A stretch of 20,682 bases of DNA from Eledone cirrhosa (GCA_964016885.1 CAXHJY010001567.1:1-20682); one strand, 5' to 3'; numbered from the stretch's first letter, positions 1-17,075 are shown. Numbers and translations: made by a program. Notes: generated by a model from the sequence alone, not told the origin.

Positions 1-6513
<6,513 letters not shown>

Positions 6514-7877
6514 AAAAATGGAGTGAAACAGGGGGATATTCCAGCACCGACCCTGTTTGCCACATACTTTGCAATGGTTTTCTGTATTGCATTCAGGGAT
6601 TGTGAGCATGGTGTTTACATCCGATATCGAACCTCAGGCAGCATATTTAACATCAGGCGCTTTGCTGCAAAGACAAAAGTATTTACATCAATCAGAAGAG
6701 ACCTCTTGTATGCAGATGATTGCGATCTTGTAGCGCACACAGAGAGTGATATGCAGCACATTTTGAATGCATTTTCTGACGCTTGCACTGCCCTAGGTCT
6801 GACTGTCAGTCTCAAGAAAACCGTCGTCATGTACCAACCTGCCCCTGGTAAGCAGTACACTGAACCAAACTTCTATGTGTATGGCAAACGACTTGGAGTG
6901 GTTGATCAGTTTGTCTACCTGGGAAGCACTGTCAATCGATACAGCAACCTTGACAGTGAAATCTCACTTAGGATTAGGAAAGCAAGTGATGCTTTCGGAA
7001 AGCTAGAAAGGCGACTCTGGTGTTGGCGAGACATATGCAGGAGGACAAAGGTAAAGGTGTACAGGACATCTGTGCTCTCTTGTCTTCTTTATGCCTGCGA
7101 GACCTGGGTCACATATCGACACCACCTTGAGCGTTTCCATCAGATGTGTCTCAGACGGATCCATGGCGTTCACTGGAGGGACCACATCAGTGATGTCGAG
7201 ATTTTTGAAAGCTCTGTGTGACAGTATAGAAGCTCTTGTGCTTAAGCAACGACTCCGTTGGAGTGGTCACCTTGCCAGGATGAAGGATTCTAGAATACCA
7301 AAACAACTCTTTTATGGAGAGTTGGTTAAAGGAAAACGACCGCCACATAAACCAAAAAAGAGGTATAAGGATTCCTTGAAAGCCTCTCTGAAAGATGCTA
7401 ACATCTCTGCTGATACATGGGAGAATATTGCTGCTGATCGTAATAAATGGAGAAAGACTGTATATGGGAAAAGTTGCCTTTGAGGAATCTCGAATCGCAT
7501 ACGAGAAAGTAAAGCAGGATGTGAGGAAGGGCATTGCTGTTGCACTTCCAGACGGCGAGGGTCCTCCTATGGTGCTGACATGCAGCGTATGTGCGAGACT
7601 CTGCCTAAGCAAAGTTAGACTCGAAAGTCATCTTCGCAGTCATAAAGTAAGACCAGTGGTTGACTACCAGGCTGCTGTTGGAGATGCTACTCATCATGCT
7701 TGCCAAACATGTGGTAGAGAATGTAAATCAGCAGGAGGACTCAAGCGACATGCAAAAGTACACAAACTCCAACCACAGCTGACTATTCCCAGTGAATGTT
7801 TTGGTTGCCGACTCTGTGCAAGACATTTTAGATCATTGGCTGGGCTAAAAAGCCACACTCGATCGCAGCGCTGTTAG
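6514..7877 (+). pseudogene. RTE reverse transcriptase C-terminal half plus three C2H2 fingers; two frameshifts; no endonuclease or start codon
   Basis: Homology passes through three ORF-track frames (ending 7221, 7483 and 7877) with shifts near 7210 and 7465. Fingers lie at 7581-7643, 7701-7763 and 7806-7868. Confidence 0.88.
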
Positions 7878-7885
7878 TTGCTATC

Positions 7886-8234
7886 GTGTGTGTGTGTGTG
7901 TGAAGATATGCTTATGTGTGTGCGTGTGTATATATATATATGTATATGTATATTATTATTGTTGTTGTTATTATTATTATTATTGTTATTAATGTATGTG
8001 GATATGTGTGTGTGTGTATATGTGTATGTATATGTATATATCTCTAAGGCGGGTAAAATTCCCGAGATCCATGGACGAGTTCTCTCCAGCGGTCTCTGTC
8101 CCTCATTATCGCTGCCATGTCCTGCGTTAACCTTGGTCTTTCTCTTCTAGTGTGTCCATGTATATATATATATATATATATTTCTTTTTTTTTTATTTAT
8201 TTATTATTATTATTATTTTTATTATTTTTTTTTT
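7886..8234. repeat. Compound (TG)n/(TA)n/(TTA)n/(TTG)n/poly-T microsatellites in the putative LINE 3' UTR, split by a non-repetitive block at about 8041-8160
   Basis: Directly visible simple repeats between the LINE stop codon and the terminal hairpin. Confidence 0.85.
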
Positions 8235-8274
8235 CTTCTCGTGCAATGGCCATACTCGATAACGAGGGGGCAGC

Positions 8275-8619
8275 CATCATCATCATCATCATTTCATTTT
8301 ACGTCCACTTTTTCCCTGCTTGCAAGGGTGGGACGGGAACTGATTCTGGCTTGATTTCTACAGCTGGATGCCCTTCCTAACACCAACCTCATTTACAGTG
8401 AGTGTTTTTTTTTTTTTGCCATGGCACCTCCACGACCACTTTGCAGTGGAATGATATGGACCCCAGTCCCTATCATCTCATTTCTACAGCTGAGTAAACT
8501 GGAGCAATGTGAAATAAAGTATCTTGCTCAAGGAAACAACACATCACCCGGTCTGAGAATTGAACTCACAACCTTTTGATTGCAAGGCCAATGCTCTAAC
8601 CACTAAGCCATGTGCCTCC
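8275..8619 (-). mobile_element. tRNA-derived CORE-SINE, copy S1, with RTE-type 3' end and (ATG)n tail
   Basis: The reverse complement is near-identical to 17291-17635 and 17816-18165: A box TGGCTTAGTGG, B box GAGTTCAATTC, CORE-like CCTTGAGCAAG...CAGTTTACTCAGCTGTAGAAATGAG. Confidence 0.9.
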
Positions 8620-8624
8620 ATCAT

Positions 8625-8673
8625 ATATGTATATATATATATATGTATATATGTGTATATATGTATATATATG

Positions 8674-8730
<57 letters not shown>

Positions 8731-10749
8731 GTGTATATATGTATATATATATATATGTATATATATGTATATATATGTATATGTATATGTATATATATAT
8801 ATGTATATGTTTATATATATATATGTATATATATGTATATGTATGTATATGTATGTATATGTATATATATATATATATATGTATATATATGTATATGTAT
8901 ATATATGTATATATATGTATATGTATATATATGTATATGTATATATATGTATATGTATATATATGTATATGTATATGTATATGTATATATATGTATATAT
9001 ATATGTATGTATATGTATATATATGTATATATATGTATGTATATGTATATGTATATATATGTATATATATGTATATATATGTATATATATATCTATATAT
9101 ATGTATATATATGTGTATATGTATATATATGTATATATATGTGTATATGTATATATATGTATATATATGTGTATATGTATATATATGTATATATATGTGT
9201 ATATGTATATATATGTATATATATATGTATATATATGTGTATATATATGTATATGTATATGTATATATATGTATATGTATGTATATGTATATATATGTAT
9301 ATGTATGTATATGTATATATATGTATATGTATATATATGTATATGTATATATATGTATATGTATATATATGTATATATATGTATATGTATATATATGTAT
9401 ATATATGTATATGTATATGTATATATATGTATATGTATATATATGTATATATATGTACATGTATATATATGTATATATATGTATATATATATGTATATAT
9501 GTATATATATGTGTATATATATGTGTATATATATGTGTATATGTATGTATATGTATATATATGTATATATATATATATGTATATATATGTATATATATAT
9601 ATGTATATATATGTGTATATATATATATGTATATATATGTGTATATATGTATATATATGTATATGTATATATATATGTATATATATGTATATGTGTATAT
9701 ATGTATATATATGTATATGTATATATATGTATATATATGTATATGTATATATATGTATATGTATATATATGTATATATATGTATATGTATATGTATATAT
9801 ATGTATATGTATGTATATGTATATATATGTATATGTATATATATGTATATATATATGTATATGTATATATATGTATATATATGTATATATATATGTATAT
9901 ATATATGTATATGTATATATATATGTATATATATATGTATATATATGTATATATATGTATATATATATGTATATATATATGTATATATATATGTATATAT
10001 ATGTGTATATATATGTATATATATATATGTATATATATATATGTATATATATGTGTATATATATGTATATATATATATGTATATATATATATATGTATAT
10101 ATATATGTATATATATATATATATGTATATATATGTATATATATATGTATATATATATATATATGTATGTATATGTATATATATGTATATATATGTTTCT
10201 GTATATATATGTATATGTATATATATGTATATATATGTATATGTATATATATGTATATATATGTATATGTATATATATGTATATATATGTTTCTGTATAT
10301 ATATGTATATGTATATATATGTATATATATGTATATGTATGTATATATATGTATATGTATGTATATGTATATATATGTATATATATGTATATATATATGT
10401 ATATATATATGTATATGTATATATATATATATGTATATATATATGTATATATATATGTATATGTATATATATATGTATATATATATATGTATGTATATAT
10501 ATATATATGTATATATATATGTATATATATATGTATATATATGTATATGTATGTATATGTATGTATGTATATATGTATATGTATATATATGTATATGTAT
10601 AGATGTGTATATATGTGTATATATGTATATATATGTATATATATGTATATATATGTGTATATATGTATATATATGTATATATATGTGTATATATGTATAT
10701 ATATGTGTATATATGTGTATATATGTATATATGTGTATATATGTATATA
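8625..10749. repeat. Irregular (TA)n/TG microsatellite of about 2.1 kb (TG polarity on +)
   Basis: TATATG/TATATATG-type units with rare variants, e.g. GTTTCTGTAT twice. Confidence 0.98.
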
Positions 10750-11417
10750 TCATCATCATCATCATCATCAACGTTTAACGTCCGTGTTCCATGCTTGAGG
10801 CAAGAGTGATTGTCTTGCTCGCTTAGGACTGTCTGGCAGGTTTTCTACAGTTGGATGCCCTTCCTAACACCAACCACATTTACAGTGTGGGTCTGGGAGG
10901 TTTTTACCGTGTTGCCTACACGGCCACATTACAGCGTGGACTGTGTGTTTTTTTGTCGTGACACCTACACGATCTCATTTGTTTCGGCCTGGATGGCGCG
11001 GCACCAACATAACTTTACATAGAACGGGGGGGTGGGGTGGTGGTGGTGGTGGGACGGGGTGTATTTTGTTAGAGATGCCTACTGGCTGGAGTAGGTTTTA
11101 CTATATATTTAGGTAAGGCGGGTCTTCTCTGTTACTGAGTACCGCCAAAGGTCTCGGTCCAGTGACATTGTCTTGGAGAGGTGTAAGTGTGTGATGTCGG
11201 AGTTTATCAGCTCGTCCCAGGTTTTTCTAGGTCTGCCTATTCCGTGACTACCGTCTATCTTTATTGCCCTGCACTTTGTTATACAGCTATCGACTTTCAT
11301 GCGCATCACGTGTCCATACCAACGTAGCCTTCTCTCAAGTAAACAACATCTGATCCCTCTTATCTCTAATTTTTTCCTTAGTTCGTTTATGCTTTGCCGT
11401 TCACGTATATTACTGTT
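10750..11417 (-). mobile_element. PHD-RTE LINE copy A: last ~100 codons of the ORF, 3' UTR and (GAT)n tail
   Basis: Encodes [15 protein letters not shown]...[12 protein letters not shown]...GRPRKTW...EKTRLT* (stop at 11109), nearly identical to the C-terminus of 12081-13982; same 3' UTR. Confidence 0.93.
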
Positions 11418-11572
11418 ATGTGTATATATGTATATATATGTGTATATATGTATATATACGTGTATATATGTATATATATGTATATATATGTATATATATG
11501 TATATATATGTATATATATGTATATATATATATGTATATATATATAGATGTATATATATATATGTATATATA
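11418..11572. repeat. (TA)n/TG spacer between LINE copies A and B
   Basis: Directly visible, including a run of 10-bp TATATATATG units. Confidence 0.95.
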
Positions 11573-11680
11573 TCATCATCATCATCATCATCATCAGGTT
11601 TAGCGTCCGTGTTCCACGCTTGCATGGGTTTGGACGGGGGTTTTCCCACTTGAGGCAAGAGTGGTTGTCTTGCTCGCATA

Positions 11681-11905
11681 GGACTGTCTGGCGGGTTTTC
11701 TACAGTTGGATGCCCTTCCTAACACCAACCACATTTACAGTGTGGGGCTGGGAGGTTTTTACCGTGTTGCCTACACGGCCACATTACAGCGTGGACTGTC
11801 TGGCGGGTTTTCTACAGCTGGATGCCCTTCCTAACACCAACCACATTTACAGTGTGGGGCTGGGAGGTTTTTACCGTGTTGCCTACACGGCCACATTTAC
11901 AGCGT
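11681..11905. repeat. 112/113-bp tandem duplication within the 3' UTR of copy B
   Basis: Units start at 11681 and 11793 and are bounded by GGACTGT (third occurrence at 11906); the segment is single-copy in copies A, C and D. Confidence 0.95.
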
Positions 11906-12080
11906 GGACTGTGTGTTTTTTGTCGTGACACCTACACGATCTCATTTGTTTCGGCCTGGATGTTGTGGGACCAACATAACTTTACATTGAAAGGGCCGGT
12001 GTGGGTGGGGTGGAGGTGGTGGGACGGGGGTGTGTTTTGATAGAGGTGCCTACTGACTGTAGTAGGTTTTTACTTTGTAT

Positions 12081-13982
12081 TTAGGTAAGGCGGGTCTTCT
12101 CTATTACTGAGTACCGCCAAAGGTCTCGGTCCAGTGACATTGTCTTGGAGAGGTGTAAGCGTGTGAGGTCGGAATTTATCAGCTCGTCCCATGTTTTTCT
12201 GGGTCTGCCTACTCCGTGGCTACCGTCTATCTTTATTGCCCTGCACTTTGTTATACAGCTGTCGTCTTTCATGCGCATCACATGACCGTACCAACGTAGC
12301 CTTCTCTCGAGTAAACAACATCTGATCCCTCTTATTTCTAATTTTTTCCTTAGTTCGTTTATGCTTTGCCGTTCACGTATATTACTATTGCACATCCAGC
12401 GGAGCATGCAAGCTTCGTTCCTCTCTAGTCTGCGTATATCCTCTGCACACAATGCCCAGGTCTCACTGCCATGCAGCATTGCTGTTCGTATGCAGGCATC
12501 GTATAACCTGCCTTTCATTTTTAGGGAGAACCCTCTAGCGGCTAATAGTGGTATAAGCTCTCTGAACTTTTTCCATCCAGTTCTGACTCTAGCTACTGTA
12601 CTTTCAGAGCACCCTCCCCCGCTGCTGATTTTGTCACCCAGATAACGGAAGCTGTCCACTATTTCTATAGAACCCTCTGCGCAGTTGAAGGAGCTAGTAT
12701 TTTGTGGGCACTTGCTGCTACTTATTGCACCAGAGCACCGGCCACATGTAAAATCTATGTTCTTAGTTAGCTTACCTGTGATCCCACTACATCTTTTATG
12801 CACCCATACTTTGCATTTGGGACATAAAATGGAGTTTCTACCTACGCCTTTCCTACACACTGAGCATGGCCATTTCCCCGATGGGACCGCCGCCTTATTT
12901 TCTTTCCTACAAACTAGAACTTTAGTCTTAGCCAGGTTAATTTTAAGGCCTTTTGATTCTAGGCCGTGCTTCCACGTTTGGAATTTCTTCTCTAGTTCGG
13001 TCATTGATTCAGCTATGAGCGTTAGATCATCTGCGTATAGGAGTTCCCATGGGCAGCCGGTCTTGAACTCCTCTGTTATAGCCTGAAGGGCAATAATAAA
13101 TAGTAGGGGGCTAAGTACAGAGCCCTGATGGACACCAACTTTTACGCTAAACTCTTCACTATATTCGTTGTTAATTCTAACCTTACTGACTGTTTCTTTA
13201 TACATGGCTTGTATAGCTCTCACAAGCCATTCGTCAACACCTAGTTTTCTAAGAGACCACCAGATAATGGAACGGGGGACTCTGTCGAAGGCTTTCTCCA
13301 AGTCGACAAAAGCTAAGTATAGGGGTTTACTTTTAGCTAGGTACTTCTCCTGTAGTTGTCGTACAATGAAAAGAGCGTCTGTGGTACTTTTGCCTGACAC
13401 AAACCCGAACTGCATTTCATCTAGATCAATTCTCTCTCTGATTAGTTGCGCTATTACTTTTTCCGTGACCTTCATGACCTGGTCGATTAATTTAATGCCT
13501 CTATAGTTACTCCTATCTAGGGCATCTCCTTTTCCCTTATAGCAGTTAACGATGATGCTGCTACGCCATTCCTTCGGAACAACCCCATTCTGTACGACTT
13601 GGTTAACTATCCGGGTGACCATGGTGTGTCCCACCGAACCAGATGCCTTCAGCATCTCAGCAACTATTTCCGAAGGCCCAGCCGCCTTACCCGTCTTCAT
13701 ATCTTTGATTGCCTTACTTATTATACTACCTTCAACTAACACTGCTGGTCCCTCTATTGGATCGATCTGGGGGAGACTGTCTTTCTCCCATTTGTTCTCC
13801 TCATTTAGAAGCCTTTCGTAGTGACACTTCCAAGCTACCTTCTTATCAGCGTCGGTGATGGCAAGTATGCCATCATCGTTAAGTACACACTTCTCCCCGA
13901 CAATATCACGGTTTTCCTTGACACATTGCCTGGCAATCCTGAACACCTCACGTTTTTGGTCCTCACGTTGTAGAACATGCTT
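12081..13982 (-). CDS. RTE-type non-LTR reverse transcriptase (5'-truncated, lacks APE endonuclease) with internal PHD-like finger
   Basis: Open frame of about 633 aa: [79 protein letters not shown]. The ORF-track start at 13946 is an internal GTG, so expression from this copy is doubtful. Confidence 0.9.
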   Translation of the reverse strand, partial: KHVLQREDQKREVFRIARQCVKENRDIVGEKCVLNDDGILAITDADKKVAWKCHYERLLNEENKWEKDSLPQIDPIEGPAVLVEGSIISKAIKDMKTGKAAGPSEIVAEMLKASGSVGHTMVTRIVNQVVQNGVVPKEWRSSIIVNCYKGKGDALDRSNYRGIKLIDQVMKVTEKVIAQLIRERIDLDEMQFGFVSGKSTTDALFIVRQLQEKYLAKSKPLYLAFVDLEKAFDRVPRSIIWWSLRKLGVDEWLVRAIQAMYKETVSKVRINNEYSEEFSVKVGVHQGSVLSPLLFIIALQAITEEFKTGCPWELLYADDLTLIAESMTELEKKFQTWKHGLESKGLKINLAKTKVLVCRKENKAAVPSGKWPCSVCRKGVGRNSILCPKCKVWVHKRCSGITGKLTKNIDFTCGRCSGAISSSKCPQNTSSFNCAEGSIEIVDSFRYLGDKISSGGGCSESTVARVRTGWKKFRELIPLLAARGFSLKMKGRLYDACIRTAMLHGSETWALCAEDIRRLERNEACMLRWMCNSNIRERQSINELRKKLEIRGIRCCLLERRLRWYGHVMRMKDDSCITKCRAIKIDGSHGVGRPRKTWDELINSDLTRLHLSKTMSLDRDLWRYSVIEKTRLT

Positions 13983-13983
13983 A

Positions 13984-14016
<33 letters not shown>

Positions 14017-14057
14017 ATATATATATATATGTATATATATGTATATATATATATATG

Positions 14058-14120
<63 letters not shown>
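13983..14120. repeat. (TA)n/TG spacer between LINE copies B and C
   Basis: Directly visible. Confidence 0.95.
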
Positions 14121-14122
<2 letters not shown>

Positions 14123-14433
14123 CATCATCAAGGTTTAGCGTCCGTGTTCCACGCTTGCATGGGTTTTCCCACTTGAGGCAAGAGTGATTGTCTTGCTCGC
14201 ATAGGAGTGTCTGGCAGGTTTTCTACAGCTGGATGCCCTTCCTAACACCAACCACATTTACAGTGTGGGGCTGGGAGGTTTTTTACCGTGTTGCCTACAT
14301 GGCCACATTACAGCGTGGACTGTGTGGGCTTTTTTGTCGTGACACCTACACGACCTCATTTGTTTCGGACTGGATGTTGTGGCACCAACATAACTTTACA
14401 TTGAAAGGGGCGGTGTGGATGGGGTTGGGGTGG
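14121..14433 (-). mobile_element. PHD-RTE LINE copy C: 3' UTR only, truncated in the G-rich tract
   Basis: Colinear with the 3' UTRs of A and B from the (CAT)n tail to the GGGGTGG tract; no coding sequence. Confidence 0.92.
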
Positions 14434-14436
14434 CAC

Positions 14437-14467
<31 letters not shown>

Positions 14468-14800
14468 CATATGGGGTGGTTGTGGTACATATATATATAT
14501 ATATATATATACATACATATATATACATATATATACATACATATATATACGTAATCCATTTGCAGCGCCGCAGCTCCATTATTATCATATTTATACATAT
14601 ATATACATATATATACATACATATATATATGCATATATATACATACATATATATATATACATACATATATATATATACATACATATATATACATATATAT
14701 ACATATATATACATACATATATATACATACATTTATATACATACATATATATATACATATATATACATACATATATATATACATACATATATATACATAC
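14434..14800. repeat. (TA)n/CA microsatellite (CA polarity on +) with two short non-repeat islands
   Basis: TATACA/TACATACA units; islands at 14472-14486 and 14551-14589. Confidence 0.93.
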
Positions 14801-15376
14801 GGCCACCACTTTATATCATTGTAGGAGAAACCCAACCGATGCGCTGAACAAGTGTGACTTATTAGTCCAGCCAGCGACTTGAAAACTCTGGTACAAACAC
14901 TACACTTGTGACAATTATTGACACAGTGCTGGGCCCATGGTACAATGTGACGACAAATGCAGAGAGATCTCCAGATATAAAGCAATGCCTGTGCCGTGAA
15001 GCTTTTATTGTGAGCAAAGGCACTGCACAAAGCCCGTCCCTCTCTCTTAACCAAGATGATATTTACCAAAAAGAAGAACAAGTCAACATCATTGGATACC
15101 ATCAGAGTTGCAGGTGTTATATCAGAGTTTTCCTTCTCCTAGAATTCTGCTTTGACAAAGGCTAAGGGGTCATCTCTCCCGGTGATTTTGGATGGCCATT
15201 GACTCTTAAGAGCTCCTTTGCTCTTTGACAGGTTTTGTTTTTAGTCCTGCAGGATGTCCAAAGTCACCCTCCTCACCACGAAACCTTGGTGGGGTTGCCA
15301 GTTTAGTTGCCAACGACCCGACCATGAGACATGTACTGGAATACATGTTACGAGTAGCACCAACTGGTGACCTGAC
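14799..15376 (-). mobile_element. Probable internally deleted, non-autonomous RTE derivative (5' UTR-like segment joined to C-terminal zinc finger and 3' end)
   Basis: The minus strand encodes [22 protein letters not shown] (14904-14839), similar to CRLCARHFRSLAGLKSH of the 6514-7877 element. Upstream CTAGGAGAAGGAAAACTCTGA resembles an RTE 5' UTR motif as I recall it. No RT sequence is present. Confidence 0.55.
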
Positions 15377-15698
15377 ATATATATATATATATACATACAT
15401 ATATATACATATATATACATACATATATATATATACATATATATACATATATATACATATAAATATATATATACATATATATACATATATATACATATAA
15501 ATATATATATACGTATATATACATATATATATATACATATATATACATATATATATATACATATATATACATATATATATATACATATATATACATATAT
15601 ATATATATATACATATATACATATATATATATACATATATATATATATACATAAATATACATATATATATTTACATATATATATATACATATATATAC

Positions 15699-15737
<39 letters not shown>

Positions 15738-15749
15738 CATATATATACA
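15377..15749. repeat. (TA)n/CA microsatellite (CA polarity on +)
   Basis: Directly visible. Confidence 0.96.
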
Positions 15750-16660
15750 TAACGCTCATAGCTGAATCAATAGCTGAACTAGAAAAGAAATTCCAAACAT
15801 GGAAGCATGGCCTAGAATCAAAAGGCCTTAAAGTTAACTTATCTAAGACTAAAGTCCTAGTTTGTAGAAAGGAAAATAAGGCACAGGTACCCTCAGGGAA
15901 ATGGCCTTGCTCAGTGTGCAGGAATGGAGTAGGCAGAAATTTTATGTCCCAAATGCAAAGTATGGGTACATAAAAGATGTAGTGGGATCACAGGTAAACT
16001 ATCTAAGAACGTAGATTTTATATGTGGCTGATGCCCACAGGATACTAGCTCCTACTATTGCCCAGATGGTTCTATAGAAATAGACACTTTCCGTTACCTG
16101 GGTGACAAAATCAGCAATGGTGGAGTGTGTTGGGAAAGTACAGTAGCCAGAGTCAGAACGGGATGGAAAAAGTTCAGAGAGCTTATACCGCTGTTGGTCA
16201 CAAAAGGTTTCTCTCTAAAAATGAAAGGCAGATTGTATGATGCTTGTATACGAACAGCAATGCTACATGGCAGTGAGACATGGGCATTGTGTGCAGAGGA
16301 CCTGCGTAGACTGGAAAGGAACGAAGCATGCATGCTCCGTTGGATGTGTAATAGTAATATACGTGAATGGCAAAGCATAAATGAACTAAGTGAGAAATTA
16401 GGAATAAGAGGGATCAGATGCTGTTTACTCGAGAGAAGACTACGTTGGTATGGCCATGTGATGCGCATGAAAGACGACAGCTGTATAAAAAAAGTGCAGG
16501 GCGATCAAAAGTGATGGTAGTTACGGAGTAGGTAGACCCAGAAAAACCTGGGACGATCTGGTAAATTCTGACCTTACACACTTGCACCTCGCTAAGACAA
16601 TGTCACTGGACCGAGATCTTTGGCGCTACGTAGTAATACAGAAGACCTGCCTTGCCTATG
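15750..16660 (+). pseudogene. Decayed RT C-terminal half of copy D
   Basis: Relative to B: 5-bp deletion near 15940, in-frame TGA near 16029, 9 codons missing after the PHD finger, and an extra A near 16490. The longest remaining ORF is 16125-16514. Confidence 0.85.
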
Positions 16661-17074
16661 TACAAAGCGAAACCTAGAGTCAGTAGGCACCTCTTAACCA
16701 AATATACACCCCAATCCACTACCCCTACCCTATCCTCCCACTCCCACCAACACCACCCCCTCTCTATAAAGTTGGTACCACAACATCCAGTCCAAATAAA
16801 TGAGATAAATGAGATCGAGATCGTGTAGGTGTCACAAGAAAAAAACACACAGTCCATGCTGTAATGTGGCCGTATAGGTAACACGGTAAAAAGTTCCCAG
16901 TTCCACACTGTAAATGTGGTTGGTGTTAGGAAGGGCATCCAGCTGTAGAAAACCTGCCAGATAGTCATATATGAACGAGACACGGTCACCTGACCAGCCT
17001 TGCCTGAAGTGGGACAACTTCCGTCTAACCCATGCTAGCGTGGAAAGTGGACATTAAACGCGGATGATGATGAT
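15750..17074 (+). mobile_element. PHD-RTE LINE copy D, more diverged, 5'-truncated just after YADD
   Basis: Begins at TLIAES; homologous to copy B through the PHD finger, thumb and C-terminus; diverged 3' UTR with GGTTGGTGTTAGGAAGGGCATCCAGCTGTAGAAA, terminal stem-loop and GATGATGATGAT. Confidence 0.92.
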
Positions 17075-17075
17075 T

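Larger units (their letters stand above)
6514..8292 (+). mobile_element. 5'-truncated RTE-clade (BovB/RTE-1-like) LINE with triple C2H2 zinc-finger C-terminus and (CAT)n tail
   Basis: RT motifs [62 protein letters not shown]. The 3' UTR ends in a CTCG-ATAA-CGAG hairpin followed by (CAT)n. The 3' boundary is inferred. Confidence 0.88.
11573..13982 (-). mobile_element. PHD-RTE LINE copy B, about 2.4 kb, 5'-truncated, probably young
   Basis: Uninterrupted RT frame, ~490-bp 3' UTR containing GGTTGGTGTTAGGAAGGGCATCC, a terminal stem-loop and a (GAT)n tail; flanked by TA tracts. Confidence 0.95.

Noticed and set aside
7395-7877. Stand-alone C2H2 zinc-finger transcription factor gene
   Set aside because: It continues the frameshifted LINE ORF, lacks TGEKP linkers, and is followed by a LINE-type 3' end.
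12361-13821. Plus-strand ORFs of 89-133 aa
   Set aside because: Antisense shadows of the RT coding frame with no recognisable motifs.
11560-14000. Target-site duplications around the LINE copies
   Set aside because: Both flanks are TA repeat, so any match is uninformative.
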